64,000 bases of DNA from a virus. Shown here in pieces: positions 1 to 9,368 of this stretch. The notes under the pieces were generated by a model. That model ran no database searches. It had not been told where the DNA came from and saw only the letters and a list, made by a program, of their open reading frames with translations. Location: IMG/VR virus record IMGVR_UViG_3300032893_000004, positions 64,001-128,000 of that record; one strand, given 5' to 3'. The position numbers and the translations under genes are program-made. Every line of letters begins with the position of its first letter. Position 1 is the first letter of the stretch.

Positions 1-239
1 GTAGTGCCAGAACTGATGGTGACGTTTCCATCTGAACCGTCACCGAAACTCCTAAACGGCAAAGTTTGAGTCGGGCCAGTCGTACCTTGGTAAGCAAGAG
101 AGTTCCACGGAGTAGAACCAGTTCCGATTTTGAACTGGCCAGTATCCGTCTCGACACCTTTTTCTGCAAGTGCGAGTGTAGGATTTGCTGTTGCCCATTG
201 TGAAGCGGTGCCCGCCCGCCATTCTATCTTGTATGCCAT
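1..239 (-). CDS. Tail fibre/adhesin-like protein, Mtd_N-like N-terminus, partial (runs off the window); paralogue of 239..1444
   Basis: Not in the ORF track. Manual translation from ATG 239 gives MAYKIEWRAGTASQWATANPTLALAEKGVETDTGQFKIGTGSTPWNSLAY...SFGDGSDGNVTISSGT, closely matching the upstream gene. The ATG overlaps that gene's stop (TAATG). Confidence 0.75.
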   Translation of the reverse strand, partial: MAYKIEWRAGTASQWATANPTLALAEKGVETDTGQFKIGTGSTPWNSLAYQGTTGPTQTLPFRSFGDGSDGNVTISSGT

Positions 240-1444
240 TACAGACTCTCTTGTACGTTGTTACCTGCTCCGCCTGCTCCGCCTGCGTTTCCGGTAGGTC
301 CAGATCCTGCAGTTCCGGAAGTACCGAAGACGAACGCGCTTGTGGATGTAGTTACTTGCATAGTGAATATTCGACCGCCAGATCCGCCAGTACCGCCGGT
401 ACCACCGGTACCTGTACCGTTACCGTTTCCACCGTTACCGCCGTTCCCGCCCGAAGCTTGAAGAATATTTGTGCCAGTGGAGCCCGTGAGCGTGTTGTAA
501 AGGAGGAAAATCCATCCTCCGCCAGCTCCGCCTCCGCCTCCGCCTCCGCCAAGATTAGTACCGGTTGTCGGGGAACCGCCGTTGCCGCCGTTGCCGCCGT
601 TTGCTTGAATACAATTCGCTGCAGTGCTTGCACCTCTGTTGATTATGTTAGCATAGATAGCTATCACGCCCGATCCGGACCCGCCTCCGCCGCCTCCGCC
701 GCCAGCGTTTGTACCGTTACCAGACCCGCCTCCGCCGCCTGGACCGCCCACGCCGCCTTGTATCAGGGTAGTTCCTAACAAAAGGTCAGTTTCCCATCTG
801 CGTATAGGGAGAGCTGCGGTTATTGCTCCGCTGTTACCACCGGCTCCAGCCGTTCCGCCCGATCCAGTACCGCCTGTTCCACCACCACCAGCTGTTCCGC
901 CGTTGGCGGCTGACAATGCCGAACTATTACCGGCTGCTGCCGGAGAGGTAGCAGCTCCAGCTCTTCCAGCGACACCTGTACCGCCGTTACCGACTGTGTT
1001 TGAACTAAGCGCAGCACCTGCGGCACCAGCTGCTGTGGTAGCTGATGAACCGCCTGTATTACCGTTCCACTGGATGGCACCAGCTTGAGCATTCGCTATG
1101 TTGAGAGTGCCTGACACGAAAACTCGCCATCCGTTCGTGTTGAGAATTCCCGTTCCGCTGAGAGTCAAATTCGCATAATACATATCGCGGCTGAGCGTCG
1201 TTGTACCTGAACTGATTGTTACGGTACCGTCTGATCCGTCACCGAAACTTTCTAGAACTTGCGTGGCCGCCGGACCCACCGGACCGCCATAGGGCAATGA
1301 AGACCATGTACTTGTACCGTTACCGATCTTCATTTTTAAAGTGTCACTCTCGTACCCTTCTTCTCCAAGTGCGAGTATCGGGTTGGCAGCAGTCCACTGC
1401 GCCGCAGTTCCCGTTCTAAGCTGAATTATAGTATTTGCTGGCAT
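239..1444 (-). CDS. Tail fibre/adhesin-like protein: Mtd_N-like N-terminus plus glycine-rich domain
   Basis: N-terminal IQLRTGTAAQWTAANPILALGEEGYESDTLKMKIGNG..W..LPY motif, followed by repeated polyglycine runs (GGGGGGGGSGSG, GGGGGGGGAGGG). Confidence 0.7.
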   Translation of the reverse strand: MPANTIIQLRTGTAAQWTAANPILALGEEGYESDTLKMKIGNGTSTWSSLPYGGPVGPAATQVLESFGDGSDGTVTISSGTTTLSRDMYYANLTLSGTGILNTNGWRVFVSGTLNIANAQAGAIQWNGNTGGSSATTAAGAAGAALSSNTVGNGGTGVAGRAGAATSPAAAGNSSALSAANGGTAGGGGTGGTGSGGTAGAGGNSGAITAALPIRRWETDLLLGTTLIQGGVGGPGGGGGSGNGTNAGGGGGGGGSGSGVIAIYANIINRGASTAANCIQANGGNGGNGGSPTTGTNLGGGGGGGGAGGGWIFLLYNTLTGSTGTNILQASGGNGGNGGNGNGTGTGGTGGTGGSGGRIFTMQVTTSTSAFVFGTSGTAGSGPTGNAGGAGGAGNNVQESL

Positions 1445-1453
1445 AAAAATCCT

Positions 1454-4400
1454 TTATGGCGTTCCGCCGTTAATAAATTGAGTGGGAGTGTAGACAGAAG
1501 ACGGATTGCCGCCGTCCACGTTGGTGTTTGGATTGCTCCATCCGAGAGTTCCAGCTCCGTCCGTGTCGCACAAGAATGTGCCGGCTGCGCCTTGAGAAGA
1601 GGGCCACGTCAACGTGTACGTGCTGACGGTTGATGGAACAGTCATATTCAAATATCCGGATGTTGAGCCAGCCAACTTCGCGTATCCGGCTATGAGACCG
1701 CTGCCTATCTGTAGATAGTCAGTTCCGTTGTCCGTTGTTGTATCGATCAACACATGGCCGGTCGAATTGATTCTCATCGCTTCGACTGAGGTTACGCTGC
1801 CGGTGGGCGTAGTCTTGAAGGCGATGTACGTCGCGTTGCTGGTATTCGTGAATGTCTCATCGGCAACTATTTGCATAACTCCGGTCGAGGCGGATGCCGG
1901 TGCTGTTGCACCGTAACCGCGACCGCTGATAAAATTCAGAATGTCGCCCGACTGAGCTGCTGCTGGCGAGACGATCGTACCTCGTGCGAAATCTCCGCGT
2001 AATCCAGTCGATGAGCCGACTCCGTAAGAAATCTGCCATATCGGTTTAGCCGCGCCGGTCGTATTCAACGTAGTTATTACAGAAGCTGCTTGCGGAATTT
2101 GTCCGACACCGAGAGCAAAATTCGTATCATCCCAGAAGAACTTTGAGTTGTCCTGAGTTAGAGATGTACCGTTTGAGAAAACTACGGAACCCGCTGTGTA
2201 AGGCGTCGTGTTGTTCGTACCTCCATTCGCAAACGGGAGAGGAGTACCAGAGTACGTGATAGCTAGAGTACCTGAAGACGTAATCGGAGATCCGGATACA
2301 CTCAAGAAAGAAGGTACTGTAGCTGCAACTGATGTAACTGTTCCAACTGCTTCTACTGCAGGCAACGAGAATCCAATTCGAGGCCGATTATCGACGATTT
2401 GTCCGCCGCCTGCAACGATGCTTGTAGAGCCTTGTTTTACAATAATCGATGCGATCAAAACCACGCCGTCTTCGAAATAAGAAGGCGGAGTAGGAATGTT
2501 TCCAGTCTGAGCCAGCACGAGTGACGGATACGTAGTCTGAGCGTAAACCAACATGTACTGTTGATTCGCACCTTGACCGACCAAATACATCGAGTGTCTG
2601 GCGTAATAGCCGGACGGAATTGGTTGAAGCGTTCCTGATCCGTTGTCGTAGCTGTTCGTATCTACCGTGTTCGTAGAGCTGATATTCCATCCGCCAGATC
2701 CGTCCTGGTAGAAAGATTGGAAGGTGATATTTATTCCAGAAGATGGCAGAAAATTATTGTTGCCGAAGAAGTAAGATCCGGAAGTGACATCAAGGTGAAG
2801 AGGCAGTGAATCTTCCGTCACTATGCTACCGTATGAGTAAACGGCTCCCAAAGCTTCACGAATGAAGTTGTCGTTCGTATTTCCGTAATGATGCGATATC
2901 AGAGGAGCAAGATCGATGAACAAGACGCCTGTCGCGTTTGTAACTACACGTCCCAACAAAATGTTACCAGCCGTGTCTGGAAAAGTGGACGACACTGATA
3001 AGACTGCCGAACTGTTGAAAAAGAGGTAGTTGTTCGAATTTGCGGCCAATGTTATGTTGGTGCTCGGCCAATTGAGTCTGTGAATAGAGCCTGGAATGAG
3101 AGCGCTTCCTGTCGTATCCAGATAGCCGAAGCCTGCGGACACGTTTACAGTTAGTCCGCTCACTACGGTAATAGTGCCGGTTTGCAAAACTCCCATTGGG
3201 CTAGCGTCCAATGCGATAGTTGTTGCGTCCGTGAACGTACCATCAAGCTGTTCGATATTTATCATGTTGCTGGTATTGATCGCACCAGTGGCAGTATCTA
3301 AAATTACGAGGGCCAGGGAAGATGCTCCAGCCACAATAGTAGAATTGCTGCGATTGGCCGCAACGTTGATCACGCCCGCTACGCCTGCGTTTGCTATGTT
3401 CAGATCGTGCGTGTTGTTCTCGAAAGTAGCAATGCTTATTGCAACCGTCGGACCTGCCCCAACGTTTTCGATAAACAGGCCGGTTCCAAAACCCTTCAGG
3501 TCGAGTCCGCTTATGCGCAAGATCGCGCCGTTTCTGGCTCGAATGCAGTTTCCGGAAGTTACGCTTCCACTGCGACACTGAACTCCGTTGATGACTATTT
3601 CGCAATTGGCAGCATCCGCAAGAAACACGTCAGCAGGATACGGCGACTGCATTGCAGTAGTGGTAGTATCCCTGATCTCAATTTTGCCAGGATTTGATCC
3701 GGTCGTAGTAGCGTAGAAACCGGTATTGAACGAATACACGCTACCGAATCGGCAAGCATTGATGGATACAGTGGACATGCCGGTATTGTTACCGGAAGAA
3801 ATCACTAGAGTATCGCTTGCTCCGAATCGAACATCCTCTACCCAGAAGGCCGTCTGCGTAGTGCCCGTCAGAGAGTTGTGGTATACGAGTGCTTGACCCG
3901 TCCCAGTGACGCCGGTAAGAACGCAACTTTGAATGGACGAGAAGTCGCTTCCGACAACCAAATGCGCGGAAGGATTGCTCGGCTGGATGACAACGGACTC
4001 AAGCCCCGCGCCGAGCACATAAACGTACGGCTTCATTGCTATCTGAGCTTCTGTGTATACGCCTGGATACACGTAAACTAAGAACGGATTGGATGATGAA
4101 GCAGTTGTGACCGACGCGAGAGCTGAAACTATAGAACTGAACTGTCCAGTACCGGGATTCTTCTGCACCACCACAACATTTGCAGGAGGAATCGCGTAGC
4201 TTATCTGAGCTTGCAATTTTTCGAGAGCCGTCAAGATAGAGTCTGTCGCCACAATAGGAGTGTTGGTGCCAGACGTATATCCTGTAAGAAGCTTTCCTGT
4301 CACAGTAGTCGACGCGATAGAAGCTGTTACTGATCCAGGGCCGGTAGCGGTCACATCGCCTGTAAGAGCCGTGATCGCGTTCGCAAATGTATTATTGAAA

Positions 4401-5383
4401 TTATTCCAGTCTATCGAAGAAAGATATCCTGACTGACTCGCACCTGCTTGCAATACTTGAATGGTCGGAGCACCGATCGTAGCATCAATCCAGCCCGTTA
4501 GAACAAGAACAGAAGATGTTGATTCAGTCAGAGTTCCAAGCGCAGTATCTACCGGTGTCGCTGGCGACCCAGTTGTGTTCGCCTTAACAGTATTGGCTGG
4601 CATTTGCGCGAGGTTGATATTCGCAACCGTACCGTTGGCAATATTTGAGCCGGTGATCGTCGACGCCGCGATCTGTGTTCCGAGAATTCCAGCCGAAGCG
4701 CTGAGATTGGAAGTCGTAAGGTTACCGATAGTTACGTTGGCAGCGGCAGTGATCAAACCTTTATCATTGACAGTAAATTGCGCGACGGTAGTCTGATTAC
4801 CAAAAGAACCAACATCTGCATTCACAGTGGCCAGTGTGAAGAATACCGATCCGGGACCAGTAGCCGTACCGTCTCCGGTCAAAGCAGTAATGGCGACACT
4901 ATCTTCCGCGCTGATCTGGGCTTGCAACTTTTCGAGAGCAATAAGTATTGAATCTGTGGCTGCGATCGGAGTATTGGTACCAGTTGTTAATCCCGTAAGA
5001 AGTTTGCCGGTAACAGCGGTCGATAGAAGAGTCACCGCGCCGGTATTCGTCATTGTGGCGTCGCCGCCAATATTGATGGCTACGTACTTGCCAGAAATGG
5101 CGTTCCACACGAGGAACTGAGTATCAGTAGGTGCGACGTTCGATACCGCAGATCCTTGGATGGCTACGACAGTCGCAGCTGCGTTGCCAGGACCTATGGC
5201 TGACACATCACCCGACAATTGCGAGATGAAATTCGTAGAACCAAACGTGAATACGTTGCCCAGAGAATCTTCTAAATTGAGCGTATTCGACGGGCCGACA
5301 TAAAGCAAATACTGACCAGCATCCGGAACACCAGGTGTCACAGACCATGGGGCTAACTGAAACGCTGAACCCGAAGGCGGCAT
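1454..5383 (-). CDS. Long tail fibre/tailspike with shaft repeats and a probable beta-helix domain
   Basis: 1309 aa, T/S/G/A-rich. Repeated AITALTGDxTATGPGSV and VTGKLLTG..GTNTPI.ATDSIL.ALEKLQAQIS units. GQFSSIVSAL...VYVYPGVYTE resembles a pectin-lyase-like beta-helix cap. Confidence 0.7.
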   Translation of the reverse strand: MPPSGSAFQLAPWSVTPGVPDAGQYLLYVGPSNTLNLEDSLGNVFTFGSTNFISQLSGDVSAIGPGNAAATVVAIQGSAVSNVAPTDTQFLVWNAISGKYVAINIGGDATMTNTGAVTLLSTAVTGKLLTGLTTGTNTPIAATDSILIALEKLQAQISAEDSVAITALTGDGTATGPGSVFFTLATVNADVGSFGNQTTVAQFTVNDKGLITAAANVTIGNLTTSNLSASAGILGTQIAASTITGSNIANGTVANINLAQMPANTVKANTTGSPATPVDTALGTLTESTSSVLVLTGWIDATIGAPTIQVLQAGASQSGYLSSIDWNNFNNTFANAITALTGDVTATGPGSVTASIASTTVTGKLLTGYTSGTNTPIVATDSILTALEKLQAQISYAIPPANVVVVQKNPGTGQFSSIVSALASVTTASSSNPFLVYVYPGVYTEAQIAMKPYVYVLGAGLESVVIQPSNPSAHLVVGSDFSSIQSCVLTGVTGTGQALVYHNSLTGTTQTAFWVEDVRFGASDTLVISSGNNTGMSTVSINACRFGSVYSFNTGFYATTTGSNPGKIEIRDTTTTAMQSPYPADVFLADAANCEIVINGVQCRSGSVTSGNCIRARNGAILRISGLDLKGFGTGLFIENVGAGPTVAISIATFENNTHDLNIANAGVAGVINVAANRSNSTIVAGASSLALVILDTATGAINTSNMINIEQLDGTFTDATTIALDASPMGVLQTGTITVVSGLTVNVSAGFGYLDTTGSALIPGSIHRLNWPSTNITLAANSNNYLFFNSSAVLSVSSTFPDTAGNILLGRVVTNATGVLFIDLAPLISHHYGNTNDNFIREALGAVYSYGSIVTEDSLPLHLDVTSGSYFFGNNNFLPSSGINITFQSFYQDGSGGWNISSTNTVDTNSYDNGSGTLQPIPSGYYARHSMYLVGQGANQQYMLVYAQTTYPSLVLAQTGNIPTPPSYFEDGVVLIASIIVKQGSTSIVAGGGQIVDNRPRIGFSLPAVEAVGTVTSVAATVPSFLSVSGSPITSSGTLAITYSGTPLPFANGGTNNTTPYTAGSVVFSNGTSLTQDNSKFFWDDTNFALGVGQIPQAASVITTLNTTGAAKPIWQISYGVGSSTGLRGDFARGTIVSPAAAQSGDILNFISGRGYGATAPASASTGVMQIVADETFTNTSNATYIAFKTTPTGSVTSVEAMRINSTGHVLIDTTTDNGTDYLQIGSGLIAGYAKLAGSTSGYLNMTVPSTVSTYTLTWPSSQGAAGTFLCDTDGAGTLGWSNPNTNVDGGNPSSVYTPTQFINGGTP

Positions 5384-5392
5384 AGATACTCC

Positions 5393-5722
5393 TTAAACCA
5401 AAACTAATCTGGAACCAGGCAACAATTTAATTAGTGCTCCTGGGTTGAGTGTTAATCCGGGAGCGATACCAACTTCGCCAGCTGCAAGAGATATAGTTCC
5501 GTTGACGACTGACTGAGTCACAAATAACTGTCCATGGATGTCGCCCGCTGGCTGAACTGATGCCAGACTATTCTGGATTGTCGTCCCAGTCGTATCCGCC
5601 CAAGTCGCGATGTTGTTCACGACGGTCGGCGGTATACCGATCACATTCCCGGTAGGATTCAACACTCGCGTAACGAGCTGAAGCGTTCCGGTAAAAGGAT
5701 TGACGACGACCTGATATGACAT
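5393..5722 (-). CDS. Small tail-associated structural protein (hypothetical)
   Basis: 109 aa, translationally coupled to the upstream gene (TAATG), lies in the fibre operon. Confidence 0.55.
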   Translation of the reverse strand: MSYQVVVNPFTGTLQLVTRVLNPTGNVIGIPPTVVNNIATWADTTGTTIQNSLASVQPAGDIHGQLFVTQSVVNGTISLAAGEVGIAPGLTLNPGALIKLLPGSRLVLV

Positions 5723-6426
5723 TATGGCTCCGTATACTGAACATTTGTCAGGTTCGCTCCCACATCATAAGTCAACACCAGCCGCGCTACTTCCGTTCCT
5801 GTTGGACCGCCAACCAGATACTGAATAAGCGTCGGTACCACAAATCCTGCTATCGTACTGTTCGTGAGCTTGATGTCGTCGAATTCGACTTTCACGAGCG
5901 ATGCGATGTCGACCGTGTTGATCGAACCGTTCGAGTTGACGGTCATCGTATTGCCGCCCTGAACGACAGACACGTTCCCGATCTCTACCGTGCCATCGAA
6001 TGCTACTGGAAGAGGATTCTCAGCGTCGTAATATGCTCCGTACTTGTTTACGAGCACGTTGCGAAGGGCTGTGGACGGTTCGTTGTCATAGACTGCTCGT
6101 AGCACGATATCGTAGCCGATCTTATTGCGAACATCCTCGGAAGCGGTGAGGGTACCGCCGTTGAACTGGGTCGGATTCTGGAGCGACTGATCCTGACCGG
6201 CTCCGACGGGCGTCTCGTACCACGGGACGACCTGAATCTGCGTGTTGGACAGCACACGCTGGATCGTATAATTGGTAGTGGTCTGGCCGATAGCAGACAG
6301 AGCGATTTTTTGCTTAGGATGGAGTCCTGCGGTATCTGAGACGGTGATGATATAATTGGCAACGGAGATGCCTGTGAGAATAACACCAGGCCAACGCTGC
6401 TCGAATATCGTCGGTAAATACGCCAT
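5722..6426 (-). CDS. Virion structural protein (hypothetical)
   Basis: Likely start is MAYLPTIF at 6426 with a GAGG RBS. The track's extension to 6669 crosses a promoter and a structured RNA on the other strand. Confidence 0.6.
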   Translation of the reverse strand: MAYLPTIFEQRWPGVILTGISVANYIITVSDTAGLHPKQKIALSAIGQTTTNYTIQRVLSNTQIQVVPWYETPVGAGQDQSLQNPTQFNGGTLTASEDVRNKIGYDIVLRAVYDNEPSTALRNVLVNKYGAYYDAENPLPVAFDGTVEIGNVSVVQGGNTMTVNSNGSINTVDIASLVKVEFDDIKLTNSTIAGFVVPTLIQYLVGGPTGTEVARLVLTYDVGANLTNVQYTEP

Positions 6427-6536
6427 CGTAAACCTCAGTTCTTCCGAACTGTTGCGACCCGTGTCGCCATCGAAACCATTCTCGACATTCTCAAGGTTAG
6501 GATAAAATCCCGTACTGAGACGACTTTTTGAATTAT

Positions 6537-6565
6537 TTGACCGACGAGATGGACTATGGGATACT
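6537..6565 (+). promoter_or_regulatory. Sigma-70-type promoter
   Basis: TTGACC (6537-6542), 17-nt spacer, GATACT (6560-6565) with an extended -10 TG. Predicted start ~6571-6572. Confidence 0.6.
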
Positions 6566-6570
6566 ATCTT

Positions 6571-6668
6571 TGGCGGGTATGCCAGAATCAATGGCGGTTC
6601 CGATGATCCCCCTCCTCGGAACCAGTCCAGCGTAACAGCTGATCGTGGGTTGGACCCACTACCCGCCA
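6571..6668 (+). ncRNA. tRNA-like cloverleaf RNA (non-canonical) with an anti-SD-like loop
   Basis: Stems: TGGCGGGTA/TACCCGCCA closing stem ending in CCA; GCCA/TGGC; GGTTCCGA/TCGGAACC with loop TGATCCCCCTCC; CAGC/GCTG; GTGGG/CCCAC. Confidence 0.6.
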
Positions 6669-6689
6669 CTTTATTTCACCGGAGGCTTT

Positions 6690-7091
6690 GTGAGCGATAA
6701 CCACCTGTTTACAGCCAAGAAGTTCGATCCCCCGCCTGAGAACTACGACGAAGTACTCGATCGGGTGGTCGTCATCGATGCTTTGCCTGGCGGAATAGGT
6801 CAGGAAGATCAGAAGCTTACGACTCCGATCGAATCGATGCACTTCAAGCGAGTCGAAGTGAAGGAACAGGAAAAGGCTGCCGATGTTCCCGTCCGTATGG
6901 TTACGGCCGAAGAGGCCAAGCGCCTGATCTCGTCAGGAGAATTCCACAAGAGCATGATCCCTCGCAAGCTACGCTGCCGCGACTGCGGCGTCGAACTGCC
7001 GCCGGAGCGAGGCTTACTGTGCAAGGAATGTCTACCGTCTCTCCACGACGACCCAGGCCACTATCTGTACTGCGGTGTGTCCGGTGAGTAA
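6690..7091 (+). CDS. Hypothetical protein with C-terminal Zn ribbon
   Basis: GTG at 6690 after GGAGG; CRDC...CKEC motif. Confidence 0.6.
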   Translation: MSDNHLFTAKKFDPPPENYDEVLDRVVVIDALPGGIGQEDQKLTTPIESMHFKRVEVKEQEKAADVPVRMVTAEEAKRLISSGEFHKSMIPRKLRCRDCGVELPPERGLLCKECLPSLHDDPGHYLYCGVSGE

Positions 7092-7314
7092 ATTCGTCAT
7101 CACACATACGGAACTTCGTCAGATCGTCGACGGCGGTCTCCGCACATTCCACGACACGAAGTATCTGCCTGACGAGCCGAAGGAGCTGCAGGCATACCTG
7201 ATCGTTTCTGGCCTGGAACTACTCCTGAAATCGAAGGGTATCGAACCTCAGTTCGAGCTGAGGACCGTGAAGGAGGAGCCTGATGACTCAACACCGCTCG
7301 ATGATCTTAGCTGA
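7084..7314 (+). CDS. Hypothetical protein
   Basis: Overlapping small ORF in the plus-strand operon; start uncertain. Confidence 0.5.
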   Translation: MSKFVITHTELRQIVDGGLRTFHDTKYLPDEPKELQAYLIVSGLELLLKSKGIEPQFELRTVKEEPDDSTPLDDLS

Positions 7315-7540
7315 GATTCGATACAAGCTCACGGTCATGGCACACTGCAAGAAGACGTACAATCACCCGAAAGCGTATCCAGACACGCAGAACATGATGC
7401 TTCGCCAATCGAAGAACATTGACTCGCACGTAATCTGCATGATAGATGGCGATCAGCGTTTGAATAAACAGGCGCAAAAGATAAAGGACGAGCTTGGACT
7501 GGCTGGCTGGCTGTGCATGGTGAGGGCATTCCGTGGATGA
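7283..7540 (+). CDS. Hypothetical protein
   Basis: Small ORF coupled to its neighbours; start uncertain. Confidence 0.45.
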   Translation: MTQHRSMILAEIRYKLTVMAHCKKTYNHPKAYPDTQNMMLRQSKNIDSHVICMIDGDQRLNKQAQKIKDELGLAGWLCMVRAFRG

Positions 7541-8144
7541 TCTGAAAGTCATATTCGTCGGATGCAACCCTTCGCCGAACAACACGACAGACGAACCTTT
7601 CGTCGGATCAAAATCAGGCAAGACGCTCAGCTTGTGGCTCTCTGAGATGGATTTGGTTTCGTCCCAGTGCGGATACGTCAATCTTACCGACAAAGTGACG
7701 AAAAAGGCATCAGATCTCAAGAAGAAAGACGTGAACATCCAGGAGTTCTGGCTAAACCTACTGATGAAAGCTCTCACGATGCGGGTAGGACAGCCGGATG
7801 CGACCAAGTGCATGATCGCGAAGATGCAGCAACGGGGGCAGCTCGCAGAGGCTTTCGGCGATCTGGATGAAAAAGAACTCGATCATTACCTATCGATGCT
7901 TAAAGGGCTAGAAATGCCCGCCATCGTCACTCTAGGAAAGATGGCGGCCTGGGGCGTCGCCCAAACCGGTATACCGTACTTCGAACTACCGCACCCGTCC
8001 GGCCTGAATCGCAAGACGAACGACAAAGAAGCACTCAAGATAGCACTTGCGGACTGTAAAGCTTGGCTGTATAGTACACCGGAAGAGTCGACTAAAGGAG
8101 ACGAAGATGGTGAGGCTGAAAGCGATCAAGATCCGGAAGAGTGA
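7533..8144 (+). CDS. Uracil-DNA glycosylase superfamily protein
   Basis: VIFVGCNPS (motif A), IVTLGKMA and LPHPSGLNR (motif B). Confidence 0.7.
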   Translation: MDDLKVIFVGCNPSPNNTTDEPFVGSKSGKTLSLWLSEMDLVSSQCGYVNLTDKVTKKASDLKKKDVNIQEFWLNLLMKALTMRVGQPDATKCMIAKMQQRGQLAEAFGDLDEKELDHYLSMLKGLEMPAIVTLGKMAAWGVAQTGIPYFELPHPSGLNRKTNDKEALKIALADCKAWLYSTPEESTKGDEDGEAESDQDPEE

Positions 8145-8550
8145 TCTAAACAAAGCGCCGGAGGATTTTCTCCGGAAATTCGGAGCCGTTTCTAAAGAAA
8201 CAGGCCGCGCTTATCCCACTCAAGTCTTCATCTCGTACAGCGACTACGCTGTGATGAAGAAAAACTTCCGCCGGTTCGTGAAGAAGAACGCCCCCGGCAT
8301 CTCCAAGCGCAAGCTGGACGAATCCGTAGGCATGCACTTTCTCCAGTACGGTCCGAACGATTCTCTTGGTTCAGCCGTTCAACCGGGATACCTTCTGATC
8401 GACGTGGAAGGTATCGAGCAGAACATCGCTCTCGATCAGATTGCTGATCTCAACGAAGCCATCGGACAGCCGTATCAGCAAACTCTCGGGAGTAAGGTCA
8501 GAGCTTTCTTCCAGAAGAATTTCGGCGCGCCACCTCTACCGAAGGTATAG
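8107..8550 (+). CDS. Hypothetical basic protein
   Basis: ATG at 8107 preceded by AAGGAG; part of the plus-strand operon. Confidence 0.55.
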   Translation: MVRLKAIKIRKSDLNKAPEDFLRKFGAVSKETGRAYPTQVFISYSDYAVMKKNFRRFVKKNAPGISKRKLDESVGMHFLQYGPNDSLGSAVQPGYLLIDVEGIEQNIALDQIADLNEAIGQPYQQTLGSKVRAFFQKNFGAPPLPKV

Positions 8551-8883
8551 ATGAAGATGCCAGAACGGGTCCGCCTGGCGGTGGACCTAATCAGCCTCCT
8601 GAAGGAAGCTGATGGCGCTGCTCCGCGCCGGGTCGAGGATATGGCTCCGCTGCTCGGCAACAGTCCGAACTTCCTTCATCAGATCGTTTCCACTCTGAAC
8701 AAAGCTGGGATCGTCAAGGTAATTCGCGGACCGAAAGGCGGTGTCTTACCGAACATGGCAAGCTACTCCGTCCTGGACGTCTATCAGGCGTTCGGGTACA
8801 TGAAAGAGCCGGTCGTCGGGAAGACAGCCAGCTCAGACATCGAAAAAGAATTAAGAGAATTGTTGCGCGACTATTGGCTTTAG
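8551..8883 (+). CDS. Rrf2-family winged-helix transcription regulator (no Fe-S cysteines)
   Basis: SPNFLHQIVSTLNKAGIVKVIRGPKGG matches the Rrf2 signature; followed by SVLDVYQA. Confidence 0.75.
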   Translation: MKMPERVRLAVDLISLLKEADGAAPRRVEDMAPLLGNSPNFLHQIVSTLNKAGIVKVIRGPKGGVLPNMASYSVLDVYQAFGYMKEPVVGKTASSDIEKELRELLRDYWL

Positions 8884-9356
8884 GTGCCGTCGGTGATATT
8901 CGCTGCGGAGTTCGTATCGTCGTCGCCGCCCTGTGCGATTCCGTACTCGTCCTCGCCTCTGATACCGATCACGTCGATGCGAACATCCGAGATACCACGA
9001 GCAGCAGCGCCGGATGACCAACCTTGCACTCTACAGCCGGAAGCAAGGAAGATTGTCGAATTCGTCTGACGATCGATCACCGAGACGGTGAAATCATCTT
9101 CGAGGAGTAGATTCTTGAGAAGCGTAGCGTTCGCGACGGCGTACGGACCGGCGCCGATCACTCGGTAGCCGGATAGAGACATCTGAACAGCCTCCTGCGT
9201 GGTCGGAACGATCTCGCCAGGATTGTACCTGCCGAGGATAAACGCTGGATCTTTTCCTTGGCGAATGCTCCACGTACATTGCGAGAAGAGACCTACGAGA
9301 TTACTCCCGATCTGAATCTTGGCTCTCGCACCTGTAAAAATCCTTGAAACTGCCAT
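8880..9356 (-). CDS. Tail tube protein
   Basis: 158 aa directly after the sheath; IFTGARAKI, ILGRYNPGEIVP and FTVSVIDRQ are typical of myovirus tubes. Confidence 0.75.
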   Translation of the reverse strand: MAVSRIFTGARAKIQIGSNLVGLFSQCTWSIRQGKDPAFILGRYNPGEIVPTTQEAVQMSLSGYRVIGAGPYAVANATLLKNLLLEDDFTVSVIDRQTNSTIFLASGCRVQGWSSGAAARGISDVRIDVIGIRGEDEYGIAQGGDDDTNSAANITDGT

Positions 9357-9368
9357 ATCTTTCTCCTA

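Noticed and set aside
1-1444. Diversity-generating retroelement suggested by the Mtd_N-like domains
   Set aside because: No reverse transcriptase or TR/VR pair in the window; Mtd_N is only an anchor module.
6571-6668. Canonical tRNA gene (type II, Leu/Ser-like)
   Set aside because: No TTCRA T-loop, no GG in the D-loop and a 12-nt central loop; kept only as a tRNA-like RNA.
6427-6669. N-terminal extension of the 5722 ORF
   Set aside because: A better start with an RBS exists at 6426; the extension overlaps the opposite-strand promoter and RNA.
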